Assembly: GCA_032128875.1 (NCBI GenBank)
Contig: JAVLKG010000003.1
Location: 792,974-856,973 of the forward strand
From: Candidatus Melainabacteria bacterium 17Bon1m
Lineage (GTDB): Bacteria; Cyanobacteriota; Vampirovibrionia; Obscuribacterales; Obscuribacteraceae
Length of the DNA: 64,000 nucleotides
Direction of reading: 5' to 3'
The notes beneath the pieces were generated by a model. The model was not told where the DNA came from. It made no database searches and saw nothing but the letters and a program-made list of their open reading frames with translations. The stretch's first letter is position 1. Each line of letters starts with the position of its first letter. The position numbers and the translations under genes are program-made. Of this stretch, positions 37,853-48,416 are shown piece after piece.

Positions 37853-38741
37853 CAAATCACTTATTGGATGTTTGGCGCTGACGCTGTGCTTTCTTGCTGC
37901 GGCACCATTTGCCACGGCTCAAGGAGCCGGTTCTGCCTCTGACACTAAAGGTGGTGCATCTACCGGTTCGTCAGCATCCGATGCAATAGATAAGGGCAAG
38001 CGCAGAGTCCGCGCCTTGCTGAATGAGGTTGACAGCCAGAGCGGTACCGGCGATGTATCCGACGAGTTGGCGCGCCGCGCCAGAATGCGCAAAGCGATAA
38101 TGCGCGCTCGTCAAATGCAAGGACAAGTAGGCGGCCAGGCATCCTCACAATCACCTGGGCAATTATCTGGACAAGCTCTTGGACAAGAGGGCATGGATGC
38201 TGCACAAGAGCCGATTGCGCGCGGGCCGAATGTGCAAGCAGAAGGATTTGGTGGTGGTTTCCGAAAAGGCCGTCAAGGCTTTATGCAGGACGGACAATTT
38301 GGTGGACGCCGAGGATTTGCCGGCAGAGGTGGGGGATTTGGTGGAAGAAAAGCACTCGATCTCACTGCTCTTAACTTGACCGACGAACAAAAAGCAAAGA
38401 TTCAACAATTGCGAAAGGGCACAGCTACTCGTGTTCGCGAAGTAAGACGAAAACTTTTCAGTGGCGGGCAAGAACTCAGAGACATGATGTTTGATCCATC
38501 CGCATCGGACGATCAAATTCGCGCGAAAGGCAAAGAATTGCGCAAACTGCACGAACAGGCAGAAGACATGAAGCTGGACGATTTTCTTGCGATTCGCGGG
38601 GTTCTGACTCCGGAGCAACGCAAACGTCTGCCCGATGTAAAGCCTGGTGGTCCGCGTGCTGCGATGATGTCACCGGGTGCTCCACGCAGAGCAGATGGCA
38701 TGCCACCTGACGGCGGCGAGTCCGGAGGGCCTAATCAGTAA
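37836..38741 (+). CDS. Spy/CpxP-family periplasmic protein (LTxxQ motifs)
   Basis: Signal peptide, LNLTDEQKAKI and VLTPEQR motifs, Gly/Arg/Phe-rich linker. Confidence 0.8.
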   Translation: MRSSSNKSLIGCLALTLCFLAAAPFATAQGAGSASDTKGGASTGSSASDAIDKGKRRVRALLNEVDSQSGTGDVSDELARRARMRKAIMRARQMQGQVGGQASSQSPGQLSGQALGQEGMDAAQEPIARGPNVQAEGFGGGFRKGRQGFMQDGQFGGRRGFAGRGGGFGGRKALDLTALNLTDEQKAKIQQLRKGTATRVREVRRKLFSGGQELRDMMFDPSASDDQIRAKGKELRKLHEQAEDMKLDDFLAIRGVLTPEQRKRLPDVKPGGPRAAMMSPGAPRRADGMPPDGGESGGPNQ

Positions 38742-38790
38742 AATCCTAATCGGTAGAATAAAGAGTTGTTATAGCCGCTGAGCGCCCAAT

Positions 38791-40053
38791 TTACTTCTTT
38801 TTCTTCTTGCTTGATCCAGCCCAGTCAATGAGGAAATCGCCTTCGCCTTCTTCATCCACGCTGGGTGCGTCTTTTGCATCGCGTGCTGCTTTGTCTTCTT
38901 TTGGTTCCGGCTTAGGTTCGGCTTTCGGCTTTTCTTTCTTTATGACTGCGCGGGTCTGCAACATCGGTGCATTAGGGTTGTAGCCCATGGGTGGCGGCGG
39001 GGGAAACATCCCGAATGACGGAACGATAGGAGGCGGTGGTGGCACCAGTCCATTCTTGGAGCGTTTGGGCTGAGTTGTTGCAACGACCGGGGTTGGCATC
39101 GCAGGCGGAGGAGGAAGCACAGACGGTGCCGGTTTCTCAATCTTCTTAGCTGGAGACTTCGCAACTTCTTGCGCCGGCTGTTCTTTCTTTGGCTCTGCTT
39201 TCTTCGGCTCAGGCTTCGCTTCTGGTTTTACTTCCTTCTTCGGCTGTTTAACAACGACAGGCGGTTTCACAACCGGCTTCGGTGTTTCTTTCTTTGGTGG
39301 CGGAGTCGGTGCAATCACGCGCTTCATCAATGCTGAAACAACAGAAGGTGGAGCTTTCGGTTTTTCCGGTGCTTTCGCTTCCGCTTTGGCATCTGCCTTC
39401 GGCTCGGGCGGTTTGGTCGGTGCCGGCTCTTCTTTTTTGACTGGTGGAGCAGCCGGCGCATGCGGCTTGATGGCAGACGCCACCATGGTTTGTGGAGCGA
39501 TACGCTTGTCCATTCCACCAGCTATTTGATTGAGTACATAAGATTCTTGGGTCGCCAGAGCCACAAACCCTTTTTCTTGCAGCCAAACAATAAGAGCTCG
39601 TCTGGCAGCGATTGAATTGCGATTGCGCTTCAGGCAAGTTTGTATTTGGGAGAGAGCCTGATCGTGTTTTGCTCGAACTCTATAGATTTCGGCAAGTTTT
39701 ATTCTCGCCATCTCAGAGTTGGGATTACGCTTCAGTGACTCATTGAGCCAAGATTCGGCAGTGTTTTCCTTGCCTGCGTCAAAGGCGAGACTGCCCATTT
39801 CGAAATAAATGTCCGCAACGATGGTTGAATCGTTGCCGTATTCTTCGATAGCACGCTTCACTGCACGCTGGTAAGTTTCCAACGCTGATTCCGTCTGCCC
39901 TTCGATGTAACACTGGAAGGCCAGAACTCGCAAATTGTAGGGGTCATCTCCTGCCATCATCAGCCGGTTATCTGCATTGGCTCTCATGTCGAGACCAGCC
40001 AGAAGGCAGAAAAGAACACCCAGAATAGAAATTGGTAATCGTCTCAAAGACAA
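38791..40053 (-). CDS. Secreted TPR protein with long Pro/Lys-rich tail
   Basis: Signal peptide, TPR helices in N-terminal half, PKxE and poly-Pro low-complexity C-terminus. Confidence 0.7.
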   Translation of the reverse strand: MSLRRLPISILGVLFCLLAGLDMRANADNRLMMAGDDPYNLRVLAFQCYIEGQTESALETYQRAVKRAIEEYGNDSTIVADIYFEMGSLAFDAGKENTAESWLNESLKRNPNSEMARIKLAEIYRVRAKHDQALSQIQTCLKRNRNSIAARRALIVWLQEKGFVALATQESYVLNQIAGGMDKRIAPQTMVASAIKPHAPAAPPVKKEEPAPTKPPEPKADAKAEAKAPEKPKAPPSVVSALMKRVIAPTPPPKKETPKPVVKPPVVVKQPKKEVKPEAKPEPKKAEPKKEQPAQEVAKSPAKKIEKPAPSVLPPPPAMPTPVVATTQPKRSKNGLVPPPPPIVPSFGMFPPPPPMGYNPNAPMLQTRAVIKKEKPKAEPKPEPKEDKAARDAKDAPSVDEEGEGDFLIDWAGSSKKKKK

Positions 40054-40407
40054 ATTTCTCGATTAACTAACAGTGGAGGTTCTGAGAGAACCGGGCATTG
40101 AGCCCTACCGAAATGGAAAATTGTGAGGTTTGGCTTTCGGGCCGGGTCTTTGAAGACAAAGCGGCATCCGAGAAACCTATACCCTAAAACACACAGGTGC
40201 ACTTAGTGCTCATTACATTGTAAGACTAAATTGCACTCATCAAACCGGAAAAAACCTAGTTTTTCCAAATTGATGTTTAGTACATTTGCGGACTGACAAG
40301 CTCAAAAGTGAGAACTGGCGGGTTTCCCTGTTAAAATGCTCAGTTCTCACCCCTTTGATCGGGCTGGGATTGGTTTTGCCGAGAGAAATTCGGCAGCAAG
40401 GAGGATT

Positions 40408-41304
40408 ATGCGACGCGGAAGACAGAGACCACGGGGAAGTCGTGAATCAGCGCCCGCTCAGGTCAGTCAGTCTCAACAGCCTCCCACAGCCAAACTGTTT
40501 TTGCGCCATGGTGTAGACATCAATACCAACATGGGTGAGGGTTTTGGACCCTACCGCATGCCTGGCGAGTCTGATGTGCTTCCTTTTGTCACATCTGCAA
40601 ACATCGCTTGCGGTGCACATGCCGGCGACCCTTCACTCATGGAAGCGGCTCTGGAAGAATGCCGTTATTACGGTCTGGCTCTGGGAGCACATATCGGCTA
40701 TCCCGATCTGCAAGGGTTTGGCAGACGAGAGATTCATTTGTCCACTTCCGAACTTCGTGCATCGGTTCTTTATCAAATCGGTGCTCTGTCCGGTATGGCT
40801 CGTACATTTGGTTTTGAACTGACTCAAGTCAGACCCCATGGTTTTCTTTATCGGCAGATGTCGCATGATGTTCGCATTGCAACCGTGGTTGCCAAAGCGC
40901 TTGCTGAGTTTGACCGTTGGCTGATTTTGATTGGACCATCAGGAAGCAATCTGCTTGCTGCCGGCGAGCGTGCGGGAATTAGAGTAGCTCAGGAAGCCTG
41001 GTTGGACAGAGCTTACGACAGCAATGGCAATCTCTTGCCCCATACTCACAGTCGCGCACAGTTGCGTTCGCACAACGAAATCATGAATCAAGCACGCTCG
41101 CTGATTAATTACGGCGAAGTGACTGCTGCAGACGGCTCACGAGTAAAAATCGACTTTCAGACGATCCACTTGCATGCTGGCATGCCGCAGGCTCGTGCTA
41201 TCGCTGAGGAGTTGCGCTATATGATCCCCAATCCGTGCGCTCTGACATCCGAGCCCTTCACTGTGGATGAAGAGAAAGACTCGCCGCTGCCTTACTTGCT
41301 GTAA
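40408..41304 (+). CDS. pxpA: LamB/YcsF family protein (5-oxoprolinase subunit A-like), divergent
   Basis: MGEGFG, SANIACGAHAGDP, YPD..GFGRR, YQIGAL, PHG.LY, DRAY; RBS AAGGAGG. Confidence 0.8.
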   Translation: MRRGRQRPRGSRESAPAQVSQSQQPPTAKLFLRHGVDINTNMGEGFGPYRMPGESDVLPFVTSANIACGAHAGDPSLMEAALEECRYYGLALGAHIGYPDLQGFGRREIHLSTSELRASVLYQIGALSGMARTFGFELTQVRPHGFLYRQMSHDVRIATVVAKALAEFDRWLILIGPSGSNLLAAGERAGIRVAQEAWLDRAYDSNGNLLPHTHSRAQLRSHNEIMNQARSLINYGEVTAADGSRVKIDFQTIHLHAGMPQARAIAEELRYMIPNPCALTSEPFTVDEEKDSPLPYLL

Positions 41305-41337
41305 GCAGGTTGGCAATCAACTAGATTAGAACGCGTG

Positions 41338-41889
41338 CTAAGGCAGTCGCTTCGCCGGTGGTACGATTTCGTCGTACCAGCTGCCGTAATACTCTGGATA
41401 GTCTTCGCCCGTGGTAGACGTGATTGTTTTCTGCAGGGCTTTCATGATTGCCTTGCGTCCGCCACGTTTATAGCGTTTCAACCACTCGAGCTCCTTTGGA
41501 TCTATTTTTACTCCGGCCTCAATCAGCTCTTTGACGATGCTAATTTCGTGAACGATAGCCTCTGTCTCTTCCTCGAGACAGCGAGTGACGAATTCCTGTC
41601 TGCCGGTAACACCTGGAACTGGGTCGATAGTCGGACGAATGACTGCATGGACGAACTCGTGCGCAATGCTAATCAATTTGTAGTTGCGCGGACACCATCT
41701 GCCAATATAGATCGTGCGCTTCTTGCGGTCGTAGTACGCCCGGCAAGGTCCATCCACCAGCCTAATCTTGACGCCCTCCTGGCGAATACGTTCAATGTCC
41801 GCGACTAAGGTCGGACATTTGAGAGCGCACTCGACTAGGCGTTTACCAAATTGGCGTTTCAGGTTTCTGAACTGTGATGCCGAGGTCAT
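41338..41889 (-). CDS. Putative zincin-like metallopeptidase (HExxH)
   Basis: RTIYIG, IAHEFVHA, downstream LEEETEA third-ligand-like motif. Confidence 0.65.
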   Translation of the reverse strand: MTSASQFRNLKRQFGKRLVECALKCPTLVADIERIRQEGVKIRLVDGPCRAYYDRKKRTIYIGRWCPRNYKLISIAHEFVHAVIRPTIDPVPGVTGRQEFVTRCLEEETEAIVHEISIVKELIEAGVKIDPKELEWLKRYKRGGRKAIMKALQKTITSTTGEDYPEYYGSWYDEIVPPAKRLP

Positions 41890-42320
41890 TTGAGGCTTCC
41901 CTTTTATATTAAATGAGCTTACATTAATTCTATACCAATTCGGGGGCGCTTTGAAACGTGCTGTAACGCCCGCTGTATTGGCGTTTGAGCGACTAGCCAA
42001 GTGGGGAGAACGTTTTTAGCAAAAATAAACTTTCGCTAATCTCGTTTTCTCGCGCCTGGTTGCTGTTTGGCGGTGACTCTTTGCGGTGCAAGCGCTCTGG
42101 GCTCCCGCACCTGTTTGCTACTGACAGCTGCACATGGCTGTATGTTCCCAGCAAAAACCCCGGCCCACATTAGAGGTTCGGCTTATAGTTGCTCGGAGTT
42201 CACTATGAAAAACCCGTATATGGACAGTACCGTATGTTATGGGGAAAATTGGAATATCCCTTAGGCTTAAGAGATCGATTAAAACCCTTGTTCGCCCTCC
42301 CGCCGTAATCGGTAAATTAG

Positions 42321-44141
42321 TTGAACGTACCTAAAGTTGCCAAATCAGAGAAATTAGTCGGCCCGGCTGATCTTTGGGCTTTGTTGAGCAAAGTCACTGA
42401 GCTTGTGCGCGGTTCTATGAGAGCGCCCGAAGACCTGTCTGTACTGACTAGCCGGGCGGCGCAGGAGATTGGGCAAGGATTGAATCTGGAGCGCTGTGCG
42501 GTTCTGCTGTTCTCAGAGGATGGCGCGTCGCTTTCAGTGAATGCGGAGTATTCGCGGTCGCAGAAATCTGTGTATTTGGGAAAGAGCTACCATTTAGGTT
42601 TGCGTTCCGAGTTCACCAAACTCCTAAGAGATGGGCGTCCTCTGCCATTGCAGGACATACTCTCGCACGAAGGATCGCAGTTGGGCGAGTTTGTCGGTGA
42701 TGCCAAAACCGGTGCTGTGATTGCATTCCCTTTAGTCGGACCGAAAGGTCCGATTGGTTGTCTCACTATGCACGCCGCTCCGGGTGCGGATAGTGCATAT
42801 TTCTCGGACGAGATGATTGAGGCTTGTGAGGGATTGGCGCAGCAGGTCGCGCTGGTTGTTGAAGTTTCCCAGGCTCTAAGAAGTCTAAATCGTGAAGCTG
42901 TCTTTTTCAGTGAAGCAGGATCTGCGTGCCTGATCGTCAATCGAGAAACATTGGCGGTCTTGAGCGCCAATGCGAGTGCGGCACTGTTGCTGACTGGCTC
43001 GAGCGCATCTCTCGTAAATGTCAGTTTGAGCGATTTGCTTGCTCCTAAGGCGCTTGTTGTCGAGGCGATAAACAGAGCTGCCAGCGAAGATTCTGCAAAG
43101 AGCGCCAGCGATTTGGCCGTATCTGCCGGCAAGACGGATGGCGTGACTGTTTCTTTGCTTGCTTATCCGATTCATGATCCGCAGTCGAATGGACAGCATG
43201 TGGCTGTGATTGTTTATCAACAAAAACAAATCGCATCGGGCTCTAAAACAGCTGGGGCTCAAGAAGATTTTGTACAAGCGGAGGCTGGTCAAGCCAGTCT
43301 TTCCAAGCAACTTACATGGGAAAGATGGATGCGCCAGATTGTCTGTCGTGTTCACTCATCGCTCGATCGAGACAGTATTATGCAATCGGTCGTCGACAGT
43401 TTAGGCCGCGCTTTAAGTGTCTCGCGCTGCATGATTGTCAGAACTGAATCCGTGACGGCGCCCCTTGTCACGCACGAGTATGCAGAGCCTGATGTTTCGC
43501 CGCTTGGGCTCGGGCGAACAGGGCAATTTCCTGCGCGTACAGCGTCGCATTTCAAAACCAGGGTAAAGGCAGTTGGTGATATCGTTGCTGAAAGACCAAA
43601 TCTGCAAATAAGCGATGAAGAGCTGGAATGGTTCCTGGACAATGGTTTTAGTAGCATTGCCGGCGCTCCGATTTCGCATCATGGGCATATTTACGGCGTG
43701 GTAGTTGCCATCTCCTGTGGTGCTGCGCGCAAATGGTTGCCGAATGAGCTCGATATGCTTGAAGTGGCTGCCGCAGAAGCTGCGATTGCTCTCGAGAACA
43801 GTCAGGCATTCATGCAAGTGAAAGATCAATTGTTCAACATGAACTTACTGGGCAACCTCACTCAGCAGTTGACGAATACTCTGGAAATGGCATCAAGGAC
43901 TAATCGACCCGAAAGTTTGGAAGACAAAGGTCGCGCTGAGACTGGCGGTCCGCCGCTTTCCTTCCGCGAGTTGGAAGTTCTGAAATTAATTGCATCAGGT
44001 CTTGCCAACAGAGAAATCGCTCAGCGTTTATTCCTCACCGAGTCGACCGTAGAACTGCACGCTTCGCGCATCCGAAAGAAACTCAAATTGAAGAGCCGTA
44101 CTGCTCTTGTCAAATACGCGTGCGACAACGATCTGGTCTAG
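42321..44141 (+). CDS. GAF-PAS-GAF-LuxR HTH one-component transcriptional regulator
   Basis: Two GAF-like regions, PAS-like SANASA segment, LSFRELEVLKLIASGLANREIA LuxR HTH. Confidence 0.85.
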   Translation: MNVPKVAKSEKLVGPADLWALLSKVTELVRGSMRAPEDLSVLTSRAAQEIGQGLNLERCAVLLFSEDGASLSVNAEYSRSQKSVYLGKSYHLGLRSEFTKLLRDGRPLPLQDILSHEGSQLGEFVGDAKTGAVIAFPLVGPKGPIGCLTMHAAPGADSAYFSDEMIEACEGLAQQVALVVEVSQALRSLNREAVFFSEAGSACLIVNRETLAVLSANASAALLLTGSSASLVNVSLSDLLAPKALVVEAINRAASEDSAKSASDLAVSAGKTDGVTVSLLAYPIHDPQSNGQHVAVIVYQQKQIASGSKTAGAQEDFVQAEAGQASLSKQLTWERWMRQIVCRVHSSLDRDSIMQSVVDSLGRALSVSRCMIVRTESVTAPLVTHEYAEPDVSPLGLGRTGQFPARTASHFKTRVKAVGDIVAERPNLQISDEELEWFLDNGFSSIAGAPISHHGHIYGVVVAISCGAARKWLPNELDMLEVAAAEAAIALENSQAFMQVKDQLFNMNLLGNLTQQLTNTLEMASRTNRPESLEDKGRAETGGPPLSFRELEVLKLIASGLANREIAQRLFLTESTVELHASRIRKKLKLKSRTALVKYACDNDLV

Positions 44142-44202
44142 ATTTTTCTGGTTTCAGACTGAACTGGTTCGAGCACTGCTGTCTAAACTGAAAACGACAA
44201 GC

Positions 44203-45537
44203 CTAAAGGCGCCCGCGCGTCTTGATTTCCAGATAGGTGTCGACAAGCTTGTCGGAAAGCTCTTGCGGTGGGCAGTCCAATACGAGGCATCCGCGTCTAT
44301 GCAAAACATTCAGCGCCAGTTCTCTTTGCGAAAGCAAATCGCACGCGACTGCGCGCCGGTAAATTTCGTCGACCGGAACACTTTTATCATGTGCGTCCTT
44401 AAGAACGCCTTGATGTGACATCTCGGTTACTTGGCGGTCCTTGAGTGTTACGCAAAACGGCAGATGTCTGCCGGCGAGGCTGGCCAGACCGGCGAGCATC
44501 GATTGAGAGCCGACAGCATCAGTTAAATCGGTAAGCAAAACCATAAGGCATCTGCCTTTCTGCATGGAAGCGAAGTACGAAAGCATCCCTAAATAGTCAG
44601 GCTCGATCATTTTAGGTTCAACATCGAATACGGCTTCAAGGATTTTTTTCAAGTACGCTTTGCCTCGCCGCGGCGGTAAATAGGCGAGCGGTTTGTCGGC
44701 GAAGATGCCGAATGAAACTTGGTCGTTGTGAGTGAGTCCTGTTAACGCCAGGCATAGACCGGCATTGAGGGCATGGTCGAAGCGCGTCAGACCTTCGAGA
44801 TCGGAAAGCATCATTCTTCCTGCGTCGATAAGAATTAAGAGACGTTGTTCTTGTTCTACTTCATATGTTCTCACGACAGGCCTGTCTCTGCGGGCGGTGG
44901 CTTTCCAGTCGATGAGTTTGCTGTCATCGCCTACCGTGTACTCGCGCAGGCTGGCAAAATCCGTGCCTTGTCCGCGTTTCCTTTGGTGCAGTTCGCCGAG
45001 CTCCGTTGTTCGGCTTAGCTTGATTGAAAGATCGTAGAGCGCTTTCAAGTCACTGTAGACCTTGGCACCCTTTTCCGCTTTACTCGTTGACTCGCGATAG
45101 AAAAGTCCTAAGAAACTCAAGTAGCGAACGTGGATATCGCCGAATTTATAGAGACCGCGTCTGCGTGGAACTACTTCGTACTTGAGAGTTATTTGTTCGC
45201 CGCTCTTAATAGTGCATTCGAATACTTCAACGCTTGGATTGAGATTCAGCGGGCAGTCATCTTTTACCTGGACTCTCAGGTCGAGGCTGCTCTTGTTTTG
45301 AACATAGAGGAAGACATCGTTGATTCTGCCGATGGATAGGCGCTCTTGATTATCTCTGGTGGCGGTGATCAATCTTGGTCTAGGCGTCAATTGAAAATCC
45401 ACTGCCACTGCCACCAGTATCAGTGCATCGAAAACCAGACCGAGTGTGTGCGCGCCTTCGACGAAATAAGCTGCAGCGAAAATCGCGACACCTACGCAAA
45501 GCAATAAATAAAGTCGCCGGCTGGCAGTGAATTTCAT
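44203..45537 (-). CDS. DUF58 (vWA-like) MoxR-associated protein
   Basis: G.GTDFASLREY..GDD..IDWKATARR, IDAGRMM. Confidence 0.9.
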   Translation of the reverse strand: MKFTASRRLYLLLCVGVAIFAAAYFVEGAHTLGLVFDALILVAVAVDFQLTPRPRLITATRDNQERLSIGRINDVFLYVQNKSSLDLRVQVKDDCPLNLNPSVEVFECTIKSGEQITLKYEVVPRRRGLYKFGDIHVRYLSFLGLFYRESTSKAEKGAKVYSDLKALYDLSIKLSRTTELGELHQRKRGQGTDFASLREYTVGDDSKLIDWKATARRDRPVVRTYEVEQEQRLLILIDAGRMMLSDLEGLTRFDHALNAGLCLALTGLTHNDQVSFGIFADKPLAYLPPRRGKAYLKKILEAVFDVEPKMIEPDYLGMLSYFASMQKGRCLMVLLTDLTDAVGSQSMLAGLASLAGRHLPFCVTLKDRQVTEMSHQGVLKDAHDKSVPVDEIYRRAVACDLLSQRELALNVLHRRGCLVLDCPPQELSDKLVDTYLEIKTRGRL

Positions 45538-45549
45538 ATCAATGTGCCG

Positions 45550-46494
45550 TCATCTTGGCACGGGCACTTGCCTTAGCAAGTTAGCGATTACTTGACTGAC
45601 TGTAACGCCGTCAAGCTCTGCTTCAGCCGTGAGAATAAGCCGATGTCGCAAGACCGGTTCAGCGACGAATTTGACGTTGTCTGGCGTGACGAAGTCTTTG
45701 CCTTCGATTGCGGCATGCGACTTTGCTGCAGCCAACCAACTTAGAGCGGCACGGGGGCTCGCGCCTAATTGCAGGTCCGAGAGGTTGCGAGACTTCTGCA
45801 CAATTTCCATCAAATAATTGAGAATCGATTCTTCTACTTTTACATTGTCCAATTCCTGGCGAGCCTGCAGAATTTCTTCCACGCTTACACACGGTTCAAG
45901 GGCCGGCGTTTTCTTTCTATAAAATCCGTCTTGCCAGTTAATGAGCATTTGGCGCTCGGCATCGGCATCGGGATAGCCAATCATCACTTTGATCATGAAG
46001 CGGTCCAGCTGCGCCTCTGGCAGCGGATAGGTGCCTTCGAATTCAACGGGGTTCTGGGTGGCAACCACCATGAAAAGATCGGGCAGCTTTTGAGTGCGGC
46101 CGTCTAGGGTCACCTGACGCTCTTCCATTGCTTCAAGCAGCGCTGACTGAGTCTTGGGAGGCGTGCGGTTGATTTCATCAGCGAGCAAAAGGCTCGTAAA
46201 AATTGGACCTTTTTTCAGCGTGAATGTTTTCGTATTGAGGTCGTAGATGCTTGTTCCGAGTATGTCGGATGGTAGCATGTCAGGTGTGAGTTGAACGCGC
46301 CCGAACTCAGCACCTATCAGCGATGCAAGTGTTTTGACCAGCATCGTCTTTGCTGTGCCAGGTACGCCTTCCAGAAGAACATGTCCTTCAGCAAGCAAAG
46401 CGACCAGAAGCTGATCGATTACCATTTGTTGTCCAACAATCACTGAAGAAAGCCGCTCTTGCAAGCGCTTAAAAACTGTTCCGATTTCGCTCAT
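45550..46494 (-). CDS. MoxR-family AAA+ ATPase
   Basis: [51 protein letters not shown]. Confidence 0.95.
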   Translation of the reverse strand: MSEIGTVFKRLQERLSSVIVGQQMVIDQLLVALLAEGHVLLEGVPGTAKTMLVKTLASLIGAEFGRVQLTPDMLPSDILGTSIYDLNTKTFTLKKGPIFTSLLLADEINRTPPKTQSALLEAMEERQVTLDGRTQKLPDLFMVVATQNPVEFEGTYPLPEAQLDRFMIKVMIGYPDADAERQMLINWQDGFYRKKTPALEPCVSVEEILQARQELDNVKVEESILNYLMEIVQKSRNLSDLQLGASPRAALSWLAAAKSHAAIEGKDFVTPDNVKFVAEPVLRHRLILTAEAELDGVTVSQVIANLLRQVPVPR

Positions 46495-47711
46495 GAATTA
46501 GATTCCGCCTTTGTTTTTTCGTCTGTAGAATCGGCAAGAGTTCTGGCTATCTTATCGCAGGTGCCCACTAAGGTTCTCAAATCAGAGTCGCTCAAATGTT
46601 TCTTGCTTAATGCTCGCTCATAATTTTCAATCAATTCTTGCATGTTCGCTTTTGGTGCCAACTTAGATTGCTGCCACGCGGAGACTATGTTTTCGGATGA
46701 TTCATGGGGCGAAATGCCAAGCGTTTTGCAAAGACGGTGTTTGAAGGACTGCCCTAGTATTTCCAGAACAGCCGTGTTTGCGCGGGCGCGTCGGAAAGCA
46801 TTTGATAATCCGTGAATAAATTCCAGATTGGAAATCTTTCGAGTAACAAACACTTGGCGTACGGCACCAAATCTTTGTGCTGAGCTAATTGTTGCTATTA
46901 GCAAAATCAGCATTAGCTGCCAAAAGATAGGACCCGTAGGTCCCCTTAGAAGATAGTGGAACACATTTGTCGCGGAGGAAAACCCGTGGCAACGCTCGTC
47001 AAAAATTACCGCACCGTGGGCAGTGCTAAACCAGTTAGCGAGAAATTGGAAGTTCGACCAGGACTCAGGATTGGCGAGCCGGCGGTTCGAGCAGATGCTT
47101 GGGACTGTACCGAGGAGCACTCGACCCTTTCCGTGTTTCACCAAAGCAATTAGAGTGCCGGACGAATCAGAAAGAAGAGCCTGACCACCTTTCAGGCGTC
47201 GTTCGGCACTTAGTAAAAGCGATGAAACATGCGCGAATTCAGGAGCTGCTGTGTTGTTTAGAGGTAACACCTTGTCCACAATGTCAGTGCCATCCTTGGT
47301 ATCAATGTTCAATTTATCGATCAGGCGGCGAGTCAGCTTGTACGAAAAGTGATCGAAATAAATGAGGTCGTTTCCTTTTTCGACCCAATCAAGAATCAAT
47401 TTGGCGTCTAATTCTGAAAGTGACTCGGTCGGCTGGAGGATTACCAACATTCCTTTGACGTCAGCTAGATTGCGATATGGCAATTGCCATGTCATTGATT
47501 TTATGCCGGTTTTCGTGACTATTTCGTGCATCCCCGAAAGACCGCTAGGTTTTTTATTGAACACAGAGATGAGGATCTCAGTCTCCGGCCAGAACTTGTC
47601 CTTTTGTTCGTCGAACGCAAGTCCCGAGTAAACGGCCAATCCGCTGACCACGAGCAAGGCAAATAACTGCCACCAAATACGGTTCGACTTTTCGGTTGCT
47701 GTGTGGGTCAT
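46491..47711 (-). CDS. DUF4350-type membrane protein of MoxR operon
   Basis: N-terminal TM, P.G..G, WV..G..L, FDE..HG, second TM, RFG; operon context. Confidence 0.7.
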   Translation of the reverse strand: MTHTATEKSNRIWWQLFALLVVSGLAVYSGLAFDEQKDKFWPETEILISVFNKKPSGLSGMHEIVTKTGIKSMTWQLPYRNLADVKGMLVILQPTESLSELDAKLILDWVEKGNDLIYFDHFSYKLTRRLIDKLNIDTKDGTDIVDKVLPLNNTAAPEFAHVSSLLLSAERRLKGGQALLSDSSGTLIALVKHGKGRVLLGTVPSICSNRRLANPESWSNFQFLANWFSTAHGAVIFDERCHGFSSATNVFHYLLRGPTGPIFWQLMLILLIATISSAQRFGAVRQVFVTRKISNLEFIHGLSNAFRRARANTAVLEILGQSFKHRLCKTLGISPHESSENIVSAWQQSKLAPKANMQELIENYERALSKKHLSDSDLRTLVGTCDKIARTLADSTDEKTKAESNS

Positions 47712-48400
47712 GAAACTTTGTCAGACCCCGCTGCGTTACTCTTCAGGGCGAGGTTTTGTGCTGCCGGTTCTTTCTTTACTTTTGCTCTGGCTTCATCGAT
47801 CAAACGCAGGCAACTTTCAAAATCTTCTCGTGCTGCCTGTTTGTTTCCAAACCAAACAAGTTCCACGATATCCGCTAGTTTCCTGAATATTGATTGAACT
47901 TCCTGGTGTTTGCTCAGTTGATACCAGTATTCGTAGTTTGTTTTTGCCGGTGCATATGGAGCTACTTCTTGCTCTTCGAGATGACGCAAAAAAGAAAGAT
48001 AGACTGCACGGCAAGCGGCTTTGTAGTGTTCTTTCTGGGCGAGAGATTTTGCTTCTTCGAGCCAGCCTTCTGATGTAAGTAACCTTTCGCTTTCGAGTGC
48101 CCCGGCGCGGGCTAGTTTACTCATTTGAGTGAGCTTGGTCATGCGCATGAAGACCAAGTAAATGATAATCAACGCGCACAGACCGCCGGCTGCGTAGAGC
48201 AATATTTGCATCATGTTTCCGACCATGCGAGTGTCGGAAAACCCGGAATTAAACAGGTGCAGCTGCTCGAGAAGGTCTTTCACAAATCGAAGCACTCGGC
48301 TGAGCATCTCTTGCACGTAAACCAAGAATTCCGGCGGCTTGTGGTAGTGGTAGCCCCTGGCGACGTCGGCAATTGCTTCGCTAATATCTTTGAATTCCAT
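47708..48400 (-). CDS. DUF4129-type membrane protein
   Basis: A.RAVY, KTNYEY, WFG motifs after a TM; operon context. Confidence 0.75.
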   Translation of the reverse strand: MEFKDISEAIADVARGYHYHKPPEFLVYVQEMLSRVLRFVKDLLEQLHLFNSGFSDTRMVGNMMQILLYAAGGLCALIIIYLVFMRMTKLTQMSKLARAGALESERLLTSEGWLEEAKSLAQKEHYKAACRAVYLSFLRHLEEQEVAPYAPAKTNYEYWYQLSKHQEVQSIFRKLADIVELVWFGNKQAAREDFESCLRLIDEARAKVKKEPAAQNLALKSNAAGSDKVS

Positions 48401-48416
48401 GACTTGCGGCTGAGCC

